From Geosiphon pyriformis uo1 (Eukaryota > Fungi > Glomeromycota), in contig JAAOMT010000617.1 of the NCBI GenBank assembly GCA_016748015.1, forward strand, positions 186,001 to 250,000: a stretch of DNA of 64,000 bases, written 5' to 3'. Shown here piece by piece: positions 24,951 to 39,165 of this stretch. Under the pieces are notes generated by a model. That model saw only the letters and a list, made by a program, of their open reading frames with translations. It made no database searches and was not told the origin of the DNA. The translations under genes were made by a program, and so were the position numbers. How positions within the stretch are numbered: the stretch's first letter is position 1; each line of letters begins with the position of its first letter.

Positions 24951-27900
24951 GTTTCTAAACCCTTTGTTGTCTCCTTCGATCTCGTCCAAACACTTTCAAA
25001 AAAGTATAGCTCCTTCGGAAAAAATTGGTTTATTTGATAAGGGGAAAGAATAGATGCTGAGACAGTTTACTGGTTACAATCTGGATGGGAAAGAAACGGT
25101 CAAGAAGGAATAATTTAAAAGAAAATTTTCGAAGATCAAAAAGGCAAATTTTTTTTTACTTCACGCAGAAATAAATTCGTCGAAAAGAGCACAAAATTTA
25201 TCATCATTGGATAGATCACGACTAATACATTTAAACGAAAATCTTTACCATTTTAGCTTTCTCATATGTATCAATTTTATCCATCGGAAATGAAGAATCT
25301 TTCATAAACTTCAATGACATCAAAAAAGCGTCACATAACCTTTAAAATGGAAAAAGGATAGCTGAACGAGTGACATAATTGATCAGCGATGAGAATAATG
25401 TTTACATTAGCAAACAGACTTCTAAGATTTCTAAAGCTAAAAATTGTGAAACAGAACAATCCGAATATTAAATCCACAAATTATTTTTTTATAAATAATT
25501 ATTTTTATAATAAGGAGTGATTCATGTATTAATGTTAATATACACTATATATAATAATTTTTATTCAATAAATATTATTTAACTATTGAAGTTAATTAGG
25601 TCAATAATTAAATTAAATATTGTATTTTATAAATTAAGTTAATAAATTATAAAAAAGACAAAAACAAACAACTTTTTAAAATATTTAACAAATAACTTAG
25701 ATATAAATAAATATAAAAAATTGTAAAAAAAAAAAACTTTTTTATTTTTTAGTTTATGTTTACAAACCATAGCAAAAAAAAAGCAATCATTATTTTTGCT
25801 AATATAATTAAGAAAGCAACAATTAAAAAAGATTTTTCCAATTAAAGTTTTTTTAAAAAAACACATAAAGACCAAAATTAATGTTGTTTTAACCACTACA
25901 AAAAATTTATAAATTTATATTAAGTTATTATTCTTTTTTAGCAATTTTTACAGCAATAACTATTGGTTTTTTTTACCAATTTAATACAAACAATTAATTC
26001 AAATTTAATTGTAAATAATTTTACTTAATAATATGTTTTTTAAAATAAAAACCAATTAATATTTAGTTATATTATTTAATATAATTTTTTAGTTATTTAT
26101 TGTTTATTTAAAAAGCAAACCAAATTATGTTTTAATTGTATTTTTGTTCAAGTTATTTATTTTAAAAAATGAAATTAATATAATAAAAACTAAAATAATA
26201 TTTTGTTTTTTAAATAGATAATCTTTGTTTTAATATTTAATATTTAAAAAACTAAATAAATTTACATATTTTATTTGTTGTATTAATTAAATATAATCTA
26301 ATCATAACTTAATAATAATTTATATTATATATTTAAAACAGCTTATGTATTTTTTTTTATTAGCTTAATAAATATAATTTAGTTATTATCTAAAATAATA
26401 TAATTATATAAAGTTTTAAATTAAATATAATTTATGTATTTTTTACATATAATTAACTATTTAGTCAATCTAACAATACTATTTAATTATATTAATATTA
26501 ACTATATTATTTGCATTAGTAAAAAACAGATAACAAACTCTATAACCAAAACAAACTATTTAATTCTTTTTTATATCTAATAAAAAGACTATTTTTTTTA
26601 AAATACAATTAGAAAAGTCTTAAATAAAAACTGAGATTAAACTTTCAATAAACAAAAAATTGCTTTTTTCTATTTTTATTTTAAGTTTTAAGTTGAACAA
26701 TCAAATTTTATTTTTATAACAAATAATCAGATTATACACAAAATTAATTAGATAAAATATAATTAGCTTAATACTATTAAAAATTAATATAACTTTAGTC
26801 AAACAAAATCTAAACACAAAACTCTTATTTATAATAAAATACAAATTAATATTAGAAACCTAAATATAAATCTTAAAAAACATAAAACAAAAATAAATAA
26901 ATATTAATTAAAAAAATACAGAGTTTGAAATAATTAGTTAACAATTTATTATATATAAAATAATTTGTTTTACAAATAAAATTATGGTTAAAAAACTTAA
27001 CTCTATAATAATATATACAAAAGATATTTAGATAATACTTATTATAAAAATTTTTTCTAATTATTATAGGCAATTTTTAATATAAAGCTTTTATAATATA
27101 AATTCATAAATCAATTAAAGATTTGTTAATATAATTAACAATTATATATAAATTAAGTATTAAACTAAAGTAATATTTTTTAATTAATATTATTTATATA
27201 TAAATAAACAATTATATTAATATTAAAACCAGCTTTTTACAAAACTTTTCTAACTAAATTGCTTAATAATTTAATAAAGTAACAAGTACTACTAAATATA
27301 ATCTTTTTTTAAACAATTATAAAATTTTTATAAATGTTAACAGAAAGTATTAAATTAGAACAAATAACTTAATCTATTAACTTATTAACTTATTAATATA
27401 TTTATTATTTATTATATCAAAATATCTTTTAATTTATATTCAATTTATAAAATGTTCTAATTATAAATAATATTAATAATATAATTATATTTTATTTAAT
27501 AATAATTACCAAAATTAGGTTTTTTAAACTTAATTCTGTTTTGTTAACATCTAAAGCTACTTAAATATTAAAACAAATTATTATACAAAAAAAAACAAAA
27601 ACATAATTCAGAATTAAAACAATTACTTACAATTTGGTTAGAATTAATATAAATTTTTATAACTATTTTTATATTTAAATTCAAAAAATAAGCTGTTTTA
27701 TTATTAATAACAAAAAATATATCAAGATTTTTAATTAACTTATCTGTAAAAATTATTATATTAGATTAATAACAATCTCTTAAAACAAATCAGATTTTGT
27801 AAAAATTGGATATTTTTAATATATTTGATTTGAAAAACATTTAAGATAGAATAAAAAAGTCTTTAACTAATTTACTAAAACTACAAACTTAAAAACTAAT

Positions 27901-29068
27901 AAAAATCAGAATAAAACTAAATTTTTAAGATCTAAATACTTCTAATAACAAAAATATTTTTATAAAAAGCATTTATTATGACTGTTCAATAACTAGTTAA
28001 CAAAAATTATGTTAAAATACTTTAAAAATCTAATAACTCTAAAATATTTAACATAATCTAATACTTTTATAACAAAAGTTCTGTATTTGAATTTGAAAAC
28101 ATTAGGAGCACAAATAATTAACAATATTTTATTATTCAAAAAAATTTTAACAATATTTACCAAAAAAAATTTCAAAAAATTAGTTTTTAATCTAATTTAA
28201 AATTAAAAAAAATATTGTAAAACTTATCTTATAATTTGTAAATTAATTGTTTTATGCTTAAAAAGTTAATTCAGAATTTTAATTACATTAATAAAATTAA
28301 TAACAAACTCAACTTTATTTTTAGTCTAAATCTGATTAAAAAACTTTAAATTATAAAAAAAAAGATAATATATTATTTTACTTGAAAAATTTTTAAACAA
28401 TTAAGTCTCTAATTTTAAATTCTTCTTAATTAAGCAATTTTATTGCTTATAAATACTTTTGTTGACAAAACTAAATTGAATTCTGTAACTTATAATAGAT
28501 TATAAAATAGCAAAAACCAAATACAAAATTACTTATTAGAAATAACTTTTTACAGAATTATAAATACAAAAAATTTTATATTTGAATTTGTTTTTTTAAA
28601 CTAAAAACAAAAAAACTTTTAGTCAATAAAAATATTTTTAAATATTTATATAATTTGTTTGGTATAATAACTAAAATAAAGAATTTATTTACATTTAAAT
28701 TAATATTTACAACTCTTATATTAATTAATATAACTATAGTTTTGTTAAGTTAATTGCTATACTATTAATATAAAAAAATTTATCAGTAATATTTAAAATA
28801 TTTTGTATTATTAAATAATTATATTCAATTTAAATTGTGTTTTTTTAGTTTTAGCCACAAATTTAATATTAATTTTATAATCAAAAAAAAATCATGTTTT
28901 TTAATTTTGCAAAAAAACAGATTATAAAAATTTTCTTACAAAAAAAAAAGAAAACTTTACTTTAATTTAAACTATCATGAACTTTATATTTGTTAAACAA
29001 AACAAAATTTGTTATAATTTTATTGATATAATTATTATAAATATGTTTAAAAAATCTTATAAACTTAG

Positions 29069-29877
29069 TATTACTCATAGAAATAGGAATTATAATAGAT
29101 AGAAAAATAGCCAATAAACAAGAAACATAGTAAAAAAAAAATTTTAGGATTCTTTTTGAGAAATTACAGGATTTTAGAATTCCAGAATTGCAGAATTTCT
29201 TTCAAAAAATTTTGTATAACATGAATTATATATATATAGTAAGAGTATTAAAAACAAAAAAGAGAGACAAAACAATAACTAATAATAAGTAATTATTAAA
29301 TCTTTTTTTCTTTAAAAGATAGTTTTCTTTAACTTGAAGTAAAAACATATTCATATTAATAAAAATATTCATTATCATCTAATTTATGTTGTCATTGCTT
29401 AATTAAGAAAATTAATTACTTTTATACTATCAATAATACATATTAATAGAATCTAATATTTAATTATATTAAATAATAGTTTTTGATCACAGCTATTTAC
29501 AGAATACTAATTTTTTATTTTTTTTTTTATTTTTTTTTATTTTTTTTATTTTGTTTTCTTTGTTATTTACTAATTAATTAAAAAATTAAGCACTAAATAA
29601 TTAACATTAAAAATAGTTTGGTAAAAAACCAATAAAACAAAAATAAAAAACTAAAGAATAGCTTACCAAAAAGACATAAATATCAAAATAAACCAATTAT
29701 CACATTGAAAACAAAAATTGAAAAAATTATTAATTGAATCTTTGTTTATTATACAAAAAACTTAACCAAAACTTTTAGAATACAAAAATCTTCAAAAATT
29801 ACTAGTATTAACAACTATTAAGCACCAAATTACAGATTTGTTATTTGTTTTAACATCCCAAATAATTATCTGTAATA
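29069..29877 (+). repeat. 5-prime LTR
   Basis: Begins TATTACTCATA (decayed TGTTACTCATA), ends CCCAAATAATTATCTGTAATA, and aligns over ~600 bp with 40720-41314. Confidence 0.85.
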
Positions 29878-32800
29878 TTTAATGCTTTCTGTAAAGTATA
29901 ATCTAACAAAAAACTAGAAATAAAAGTAATAGAAACAAATTACTTGGAATTCACAAAAGTTTTATTTTAATATTATTTAATTTACTTCAGACTGACAAGT
30001 AATTATTGGCCAACAGAATCAGCTTTTAATTTTTATGTTAATAAAAAAATTATATTCTACTTGGGAAACCAAAAAAAATCTAAAAGCCATTTTTAAAAAT
30101 TTTTATAGTAAATTACTTCAAAACATTATACTTTTACAAATTATTTGTTTGTTTTACTAATTACAAAGATAAATCGAAAAATTGAGAATTACATCCAACA
30201 GAAATTTTTTATCACTTTTATAGACCAAAAAAATGTTCCAGATTCTAGCAAGAACATTAAAGAAAATACAATTACTTATCTAAAAAAAACCAAAAGTTGT
30301 TTTACTTATTTACTTATCATACTATTATATGTATGGAAGCACTATTTAGATAACATTAACAGTTGTATTTATGATAAAAACACTATTAGCACAAATACTA
30401 TTTTAAAACAATTAAGAAAAAACTAAACTAATAAGAATCTACAGCAATTTTTTCAAATAATTTAAATTACAATTAACAACACAATCAGGACTTTAATCAC
30501 TACTACTTCAACCAAATTTCAAATCTACCAGTAATTGGGCAAACACTAATTTAAAAGAAAAAAAAGACAGTAATTAGAAAAAAAATAATCAAAATCTAAT
30601 TCTAAATAATCCAAAATTCAAACTTTAATTGTTCAAACTTAATAAAACTCAAACAATTCAAATCTCACTCCTATTGTTAATAAAAACTTATTTTCAGTTA
30701 TCCAAATTAATTAACCACCAGTTGTATTAATTGTTACACAATAATAACAACTTGTACTAATAGTCTATATAGTAATTATAAAACTTGAGAAATTCACTAA
30801 CAAAAAAGACAATGCTTAAACAATATGACAAAAGCCATTACAGCTAATAGATAAGACAATATCAAAGTACTTTAAGCTATTTTATACTTTTTTCAAAATA
30901 TTCTCAACTTGTAATATTAAAGCTTAATTAACAAACTACAAACTTTTAACAAGTTTAAAATTGGGTTTTACAATATTCTAATAATAATAATAGCATTAAT
31001 TATCTGTTAACTGGTTTTACCACAATTAAACAAGATAATATAGAAACAGTTACTACTTATTTAAGATACTTTTATAAAAATTTGTACTAAATCCAAACAG
31101 TTAATACTAATTACTTTATAATATCACAGATTTTGAATCAATTCATTTGTAAATTATATAGTAGTTTGCTATAATAAATATGTCTATTATATTCAAATAC
31201 TTTTCAAAATGCAGTTATATATATCAGAAACTTTTGAATTAGCCAAATTCAAAGTCAATTATGTCTAAGCCATAAATTTAGTAATGAATAAATTATCTGA
31301 ATTGAATACCAAATTGAAACAATTTGGCAAAGTTATTAATCAGAAAATTGAAAGATACTTAGCTAAAAATCAAGCAATTTATTAGTCTTTTTAATGTTGT
31401 AACAATTTAAAAAACTCTAATTAGTTTTAAAATCAATTATGTCTATTATTATTATTATTATTACTAAATCAATTATGACAACAAAAAATACATATTTGTT
31501 ACTACTATAATAAACAAAAACATCTAAAAATGGATTATAGAACAAGATTAAATAACCAATAATTGAAAAATTAATATTAAAATTTTGATTGCAGATTTTA
31601 AATTTTAAACTATGCTAATAATTCATTATTAAAACAATACAAATATCAATTTTATTATGTACCAATAACACAGCAACCAATATACACACATCTTATTTAT
31701 TAAGCTCCAATACCTATAATTTATCAATTACTACAGCCACAAATAATTTATCAATCTTAATTAATTTAAGCACTATCTCAAAATTTAGCTCAAATATTAA
31801 CTAAAAATTAAAAGCCAAGAATTACTTATACACAAAAAACTGAAAATTAGCAATAGTTATGTACCAATTAATCTCCAGCTTATCAAACCAATTATCAGGA
31901 TCTTACATCTAAAATTCAAAAAATAGGTATGTCTAAAACCCAAATTTTTAGAACTACTTAAATCTTTTAATAATCCCAGAAATTGCAATATTCAACCCAT
32001 TAAAAACAAACTAAAGCTTACTTACCAACAATATTTCATTTGTTATTATCATAGAAAATAAGTCACTTACTACTATTTTTTCTTTTGAACTTGAAAAACT
32101 AGTCTTAATTTCTTTATTTAATAAAATTGCTTTAGATACTAAACCAATTATTACAATATATACAGATGCCAAAGTTAATAACTATTCTATTAAACTCATT
32201 CTTAATAGTAGTTTAGCAGACAGTATTATTATCAAACAACTTATGAACCAAGTAGATTACTAAGTTAATTAAGCTATTAACACCAGAATTATTATTATTG
32301 ATAAAATAACAAAAACTTCAATTGGCAAAATTAATAACTTTTTATTTGAAGTCAACAGTATTATTATGCCTATTAAAGTTTTGATAATAGAAGTTACATA
32401 GTACTAAGCTCTTGTTAATAATAACTGGCTATCTAAAATCAATATTATACTTGATTAAAATACTCAAAAGCTTTAGCTAACATTTAATGATTAACATATT
32501 TGAGTACCTGTTACTTGTAGTTATTTAAAGCTTTTTCAAAAAAACAACCATTAATTAAACTAAAAAAAACCTACCTGAAAAGCTTATCAAGTTTTGTGGA
32601 CTAAAGACAAACACAATGAATTATTATTAATACTCTTTTGAAAAAAAAAAGTGAAAAAAAATGAAGAAAACAATCCTCAAGTTATTACTATTACTAAAGA
32701 ATTAGCCAATAATTAACATTATTATAAGTGATTATTTGGGGTGTTAGTACAAATAAAAAACCTGTAATTTGGTGCTCAATAGTATAATAATATTGGTAAT

Positions 32801-33529
32801 TTCTAAAAGTTTTTGTAATTTAAAGGTTTTGGTTGAGTTTTTTGTATAATAAACAGAAATTTAATTGCTGTTTCAATATTTTTTTAGAAACTTATTCTAT
32901 GAATTTTTTTCTCAACTTAATGGCCAGTTTTTTTTGATAAGCTATCTTTAATTTCTGAGTTTTTACTCTTATTTTCCGAGTCTTTTACCAGTTTTTCTTG
33001 ACATTAATAACTCTATGCATTAATTTTTAATCAATTAGTAAACAACAAAATGAAATAAAAGCAAATAAAGAAAATAAAAGAAAATGAAAAGAAAATAAGA
33101 AATTAATATTCCATTAATAACTGTGATTAAGAATTATTGGTTTAATGTGATTAAGTATTAAATTCTATTAATATAAAATATTAATAAAGTAGAAGTAATT
33201 AATATTTTTTAATTAAATAACAATAACATGAATTCAAGTAATAATTAATATTTTATTAATATGTGATTTGATTTTACTTCAAGTTGTAGAAAACTATTTT
33301 TGAAGGAAGAGATATTGAATAATTAATTAATTATTAGTATTAGTTCTCTACTAAATTCTTTTTCTTCTGTTTTTAATACTTTCACTATACAGTGAACTCT
33401 CTTTATAATTATATCTTTTGGTCAGCACATTTGTGGTGACTATAAAGAGATGAGACTATAAAAAATGATCAATATCTTATCACATAATCTATATATTACA
33501 TACATAATATAATAACCAATTATATATAT

Positions 33530-35090
33530 TTTATTTAAAAAAGCTATCTATTTGCAACTGCTTTTTCTCTTCTTAAACTTTGAGAACAGTATTACAAATT
33601 AATGTTCTCAAAGTTTTAAAAAAGTCTGAATTAACTTTTTCACTATACTGCTCTTTACAATAGTGCAATGTATCTTCAAGTGTAATTTTATCTTGATATG
33701 TAGATAGCAAAAGCAAAAATTCATCTTCATTTTTACTTTCTAAATCTTCATTTGCATTAGAATTTCTACTATACTTGTTGTTAATAAAATCCACAATTTC
33801 ATCCTCTGAGGCATAAGTGAATAATGGTTCAAACTTGTTAATATTAATGAAGTTTATTGCTAATAGTTTGTCAATATCAACATGTTCAATAAGAACTTGT
33901 ACTTTTTATAGGAGTTTTTGTTTAATATCTAATGGATGGGCTGGCATTTGACTATTATTCAGAATTCTTGTATGACGCCAACAGTTTTGGATTGTAGTTG
34001 TTATTACCACTGACCATGTATTAATTAGAAAGTTAACTGCATCCTTTAATATTACTGTTGATATTAGAATCTTGTCATCATACTGATTAATAAGATGGAA
34101 AAGAAACAACTTTTGATACTGTGCCTTAAAGGATTCAATAATTTTTGCATTTAATGGTTGCAAATGGGATGTTGTATTAGATAGTAGATATTTAATGATA
34201 ATATTAGATAATACAGAAGGTTCTCTACCATAAGAACCAGCATTATCAAGCAATAGCAAAATCTTTTTTTTCTTGTGGCACATTTCTTTATTTAATAAAT
34301 TAAGCCATTCACTAAAAATATCGGTTCACATCTATGCTTTTGTATTATAACAATAAGTAATTAGAAGTGCATTCATATTAATATTGTAAAAACACCATGG
34401 CTTTGCAACTTTGCTGATAATTAAAGACTGCAACTTAATGCTGCCTGTTGCATTACAAGCAAGAAATATGGTAATTTGATTCTTATCACACTTGGTGCCA
34501 GAGGTAGATTTTGTTGCCAAAGTTGCATTTGGTGGTATTCTAAAGAATAATGCTGTCTCATTAATATTGTAAACATCATTTAGATTATATTTGCTGATAA
34601 TCTCACACAGTTTTTCTCATTCCTCTGGTAAAATTTTCAAAAAAGCACTGTTTGCTTTATCATGCATCTTAATATGGTGCAAATTATGACGTTTCTTGAA
34701 CTTTTCTAACCAATTATCTAATGTTTTAAAGTTATTTTTTTTCAGAAACTTTTCAGCAAACTTGAGGGCTTTCGTTTGTAAAATCTTTCCAGTAAAAATG
34801 CAGTTGGTAGCTAGTGCTCCAAGCATCCATTCTCCTAGTGCATCATTTATCTTTAGAAACATCTCTTTCCTGTCCTTTGTCAATTGACCAGAGTTGCCAG
34901 ATATATTCTTTTCAATCTATCAGTCTGATTTTACAAGTATTTTTATTACAGTAGAGTGGTCAATCTTTAGATTAAATATTTTGATAAGTCTATTTGTTGA
35001 GTAGTCAGAATGTTCTAGTTTGTACTGACAGAGAGCCTTTTTAGTCTCTAAAAAGATTGCTATTCACTTTTGGTTCACGTTTTTTGGCAT
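33530..35090 (-). pseudogene. pogo/CENP-B-like DDE_1 transposase, disrupted
   Basis: CENP-B HTH (DALGEW...ILQTKA..FA...WLEKFKKRHNL), ITIFLACNATGS, ILLLLDNAGSY, TTSHLQPLNAKII and TIQNCWRHT. Multiple stops and frameshifts. Confidence 0.9.
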
Positions 35091-35313
35091 GTTAATAAAA
35101 ACATACTTTTTATTGCATTTTGCTTTTATAATGTGTTAATGTATCTGTTATGTCTCAAACATCATTTTGCCTTATATTTAATCAAACATATAAGGTGTCT
35201 CATGTCATATAAGGTGCCTCAGATTATAAAAAGTGGCCAAATTATAAAAATAAAGATTTTAATCTAACTATAGAATTCTAAGTGCAAATAACAGATTCTT
35301 AGTAAAAAAAAAC

Positions 35314-35467
35314 CTAATTTTGATAATGCATCTGCAACACTTTTTGCTTTTTATCTTCAACTGATGATTAATAATGAAGACTGTTAATTTGATCCTCTGT
35401 ATACTTGCATAATTGTGTAGAAAATAGCACAATGTTATGTTGCCAAGCCCTCCAAACATAGTAATAT
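35314..35467 (-). pseudogene. Captured exon resembling the PP-loop N-terminus of tRNA(Ile)-lysidine synthase (TilS-like)
   Basis: ITMFGGLGNITLCYFLHNY...LTVFIINHQLK converts to IAVSGGPDSMALCYLL...LTAFTIDHQLR by transitions only. Bounded by AG (35469-35468) and GT (35313-35312) splice signals. Confidence 0.6.
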
Positions 35468-35539
35468 CTATATCAATTAGAATATCAATATAAAATACTT
35501 TGCACAATGTCAGAGATATTAGAGTGAAAGTTAACTGCA

Positions 35540-36520
35540 GTTTTTTAAAAAATGTTCTAATTATTATAAGTTGTGGAATTTAATATGTAATATATATAGA
35601 CATGCAATGGCTTCTGAATTAATATGGCCATATGTTGTTTTTAAAGAAAATCCATCTATTGAAGGTTACTTAGAATGGGCCCAAAATGAAACAAATCTCA
35701 CATTTAGGTTAAAGTATGAACAAGTTTTTTTTTATTTACAAGCAATTATTAACTTTACCACTGGAATTCATTTCAATAGGTCTTTATTAAGACTTGCAGC
35801 TAGACAAATGTTTGTACTAATTTGGTCTGCTCAGTGTTATCTTATTTACTAATTAATTGAAATTGCTAATAAAGAACAATGACTATGATTGAAGCCTGAA
35901 GTTTGCAAGCTGATTCAAGAAAGAATTGTAATTTCTCGATCTAAACTTTCAAATCAACATCAAGGCTATGATGCAATACTTAAAGAAATTAACAAAATGC
36001 TCAAATTATTGATTCTTTTTACACCTTCACAATAGCATTGGGAAATTGCAGCATGTAACTCTATCAAATTTGAGAGATTGCATACTAACTTCTTTAATGT
36101 CATCAGATATTTTAAAAGTGAAATATACAGGTCTTATACACATCCTAGCTTTATTGCTAAATCAAATTGATTTTGAGTTTAGATAAAAAAGACACAGTTT
36201 GTAAATCCAAATGTCTTTAATCATGTTTTTCGTGATATTGGCCATGAATGAATATTAAGCAAAAAAATGAAAAAATTCAGTGAAATTGCATGGATGAAAA
36301 AAATAGATTTTCTTAAAGCAAGGCGAATTAAAAAAATATTGTTAAATATTTGGAAACCAATTTCAGTAACAAGTAAAGAAGCAGATCATTAAAAAATGTA
36401 AATTTGTTAATAAAATCACAACTATTACCTATTATTAATTCTTTAATATCTCTTTTAAGTGATTATGTTTTCGAAGCTTATCAAGTTAATTGTGTGACAG
36501 CCTAATAAATATCTTTCAAG
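35540..36520 (+). pseudogene. Disrupted coding fragment of unknown family (cargo inside the pogo element)
   Basis: Long frame broken by a few stops: ASELIWPYVV...FRLKYEQVFFYLQAIINF...HQGYDAILKEINK...HWEIAACN. Coding-like composition. Confidence 0.55.
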
Positions 36521-38779
36521 AAATTAGAAATATATTGTATTGTGTACAGTTTTGTTTACCTTGGGTTGGGTGCATTACCATTTATAATTGGCATTTTTAA
36601 AACATGATATGTTGAGTCTAGGTCCAAATCTTTATTCTGCATAATTATGTTTGGATTATGAAAAACATTTAACACAGATTTATTTGCCCCAAAAAAGTTG
36701 ATTTTTAATATATCTTTAAAACTATCAGTCAAACTTTTGCTCACTAATACTAAATATTGGTCAAATGATGAATATAATTGCTAGTATGGAGCCCTTTTTT
36801 AATTGTGGATGCCAAAGTTGGTGTGAAAATATATTTATTGAGTATATATTAGAATCTTCATGCTCTGAGTTTTATTACTGGTCATATTTCTTTTCCTAAG
36901 GAAAAATAAATTTGAACTCCATTCCCAGTTGATTTGCTCAAACAATGTCCTATTAACAAACTTGTTTTTGGAGGATCCCATTGGGCCATTATTCTCACTT
37001 GTAGGTCTGTTAATTTTTTCTCCCAATATGAAGAAAAAGTAGTTTCATTAGCCAAAGTTTGATTCAGAATAACTTTATTGATACCCACAGCAACAGCCTT
37101 CAAAGCACTACTAGTCTCTAAAGCACTACCAGTCTCTAAAGCACCAAGAGCAGCAGTACTGTACCATATGTTAACTATTATTAAAACTCTTATAATACTC
37201 ACAAACAACAAGTCAGATATAATAGTTCTGTCATTGTTTTCTGATGGCAGTGGCAGCTTATAAAGAAGAAGAGTAATTGAATGTTGTAATATTTTAGAAA
37301 TTTTGTTTAGTGTTCTACAATCATTTCCAGAAACTTTTCTAATTTTTTTTACTATCATAACAAGAATGATTTCTATTGACAAATCGGGAAATTTCTTTAA
37401 CTGTACATGTTCAATTAAATATGAGATAACATTTGATGTTCATATCTAATATCATATAATTATAGTGTGACTATAGAGAGTGAAAATTATTTATATTCTG
37501 CTATCATATTTGTGGGGATAAGAATTATAAAGAGATATATATAGTAAAAGTGACTATAAGGAGATAATATTATATATAAATAGTTTTGGTTTTTAAAAAA
37601 ATGTGATTATAAGAAGATAGTAACTATAACCAAAGAGACTATGAAAAAAGTTTACTGTATATACATAATTAATGTTATACAAAATTTTTTTAATTTTTTT
37701 AATTTTTCCAATCAAAAATCTTGAAATTTCTGAAATTTCTCTTTTTACTATGCTTATTTCTAATTGGCTACTTAATATCCTTATTAAAAATTCCTAAATT
37801 TTTATGAGTAATAACATATATTATATTCAACACCAGAATTAACAAAACAACTATCTTATATTCTGCTTAAATACAAAAACTACAAAAAAAATCTTTTATT
37901 TATAGAAGCTTGGATTTCTTCAAAAGAAAAGTATAAAACATATATCTATTACTACTATAAAACATAGTACTAAAAATGTTTTGAATACCCAAAATAACAA
38001 AAAAAGTAGAACAACAAACTATGTTTTGCTTGTAAAAAAATACTACTCAATAAAAAAATATAAAACAACATTCCTAGTTATAGAGAAATATAAAACAACA
38101 TTCTTAATTATATAAGAATGTGTGATATATTATACCAATACATGATTCTTATTAGTAACTGGATAAGCAAAAAAATGTCATTTAATACTATATAAAACAG
38201 AGCTCTTTTGTGTTTGAATAGTTACTTACACAATAAAAACAAAATCTGGCAAATAATAAGTATTAAAGTTGAAAACATTTTATTTAGTAAAATATTTGCA
38301 ATTAAAAATGACTTATCAGAATCTGTTGACACCATTCTTATTCTAAATTCAAACATATTTGTTGACATTATAATTCTATAAACACTACTAAGATTTAGCA
38401 CCTATTTAAAAAGAGCAAGAGCAATATTTAAAACAATTAAACACTGGACTTTATAAATATTGTTTAATTTCTAGTAACTTTAAATATTGTAATAATTGTG
38501 AATTTATTTATAATTTATTACCATGCATAATCTATTTAATCTTCAAAAAAAAAACCAATTAGCAGTTGTGCTTTAGAATTAGAATTGAAATTTAATCCTA
38601 ATTTAAATTTTAATGATAATAACAACAATAATTCTAATATTATTTATAATAGCAACTATAATAATAATGATTTGAATTTCAATTTCAATCTTAAACAATA
38701 TATTACACTTTTAAATTTTTCTAAAGAGCAAGAACTTAAATAATTTAGTAATAATAATAAAAGTATTATATTAAAATAC

Positions 38780-39165
38780 ATACATAATACTGATTCAGGA
38801 TTTGATTTTAGATATTCTAAAAAAACTATTATTAGATTAGAACCTCATTTGCATACTAACATCAATTTAAAAATAAAAATAAAAATTCCAATAACAATAA
38901 TAGTCTAATTAATATTCAAATTTAGTTTAGCAAAAAAAAAATTAATATCAGAAGAAAAATAATTAATGTAAAATATATAGAAAATATCATTATAATACTA
39001 CAAAATAAATTAAAAAAAGCATATACTATTAAACCAAATAAAAAAATAGCACAGACAATATTTTTATTTTTGATAAAAATAGCTTAGTTAGTATTAATAA
39101 AAATAAAAAAAGAGTTAGAGATCACAGCCAAAGAAATAAATAGATTTGAATTTATAAGTAGAATA
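38780..39165 (+). pseudogene. dUTPase domain within Gypsy pol, between protease and RT
   Basis: All five trimeric dUTPase motifs in order, decayed: DSGFDF (I), FSLAKKKI (II), RRKIINVKYIENI (III, from GGIIDAGYxGNI), KKIAQTIF (IV), KEINRFEFISR (V, from RGxxGFGSTG). Confidence 0.75.

Larger units (their letters stand above)
33390..37657. mobile_element. pogo/Tigger-like (Tc1-mariner superfamily) DNA transposon with cargo
   Basis: Ends TA|CAGTGAACTCTCTTTATA and (reverse complement) TA|CAGTAAACTTTTTTCATAGTC. TA duplication at 33388-33389 and 37658-37659. Subterminal GTGACTATA(A/G)AGAG repeats at both ends. Confidence 0.85.
32720..37813 (-). mobile_element. Inverted solo LTR of the same Gypsy family, inserted in pol and itself split by the pogo element
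   Basis: The reverse complement of 37660-37813 matches the LTR start and that of 32720-33388 matches the rest. Perfect 4-bp TSD ACAT at 32716-32719 and 37814-37817. Confidence 0.85.

Noticed and set aside
29878-29897. Possible primer-binding site TTTAATGCTTTCTGTAAAG after the 5-prime LTR
   Set aside because: The position fits and TAA may be decayed TGG, but the cognate tRNA cannot be assigned from the mutated sequence.
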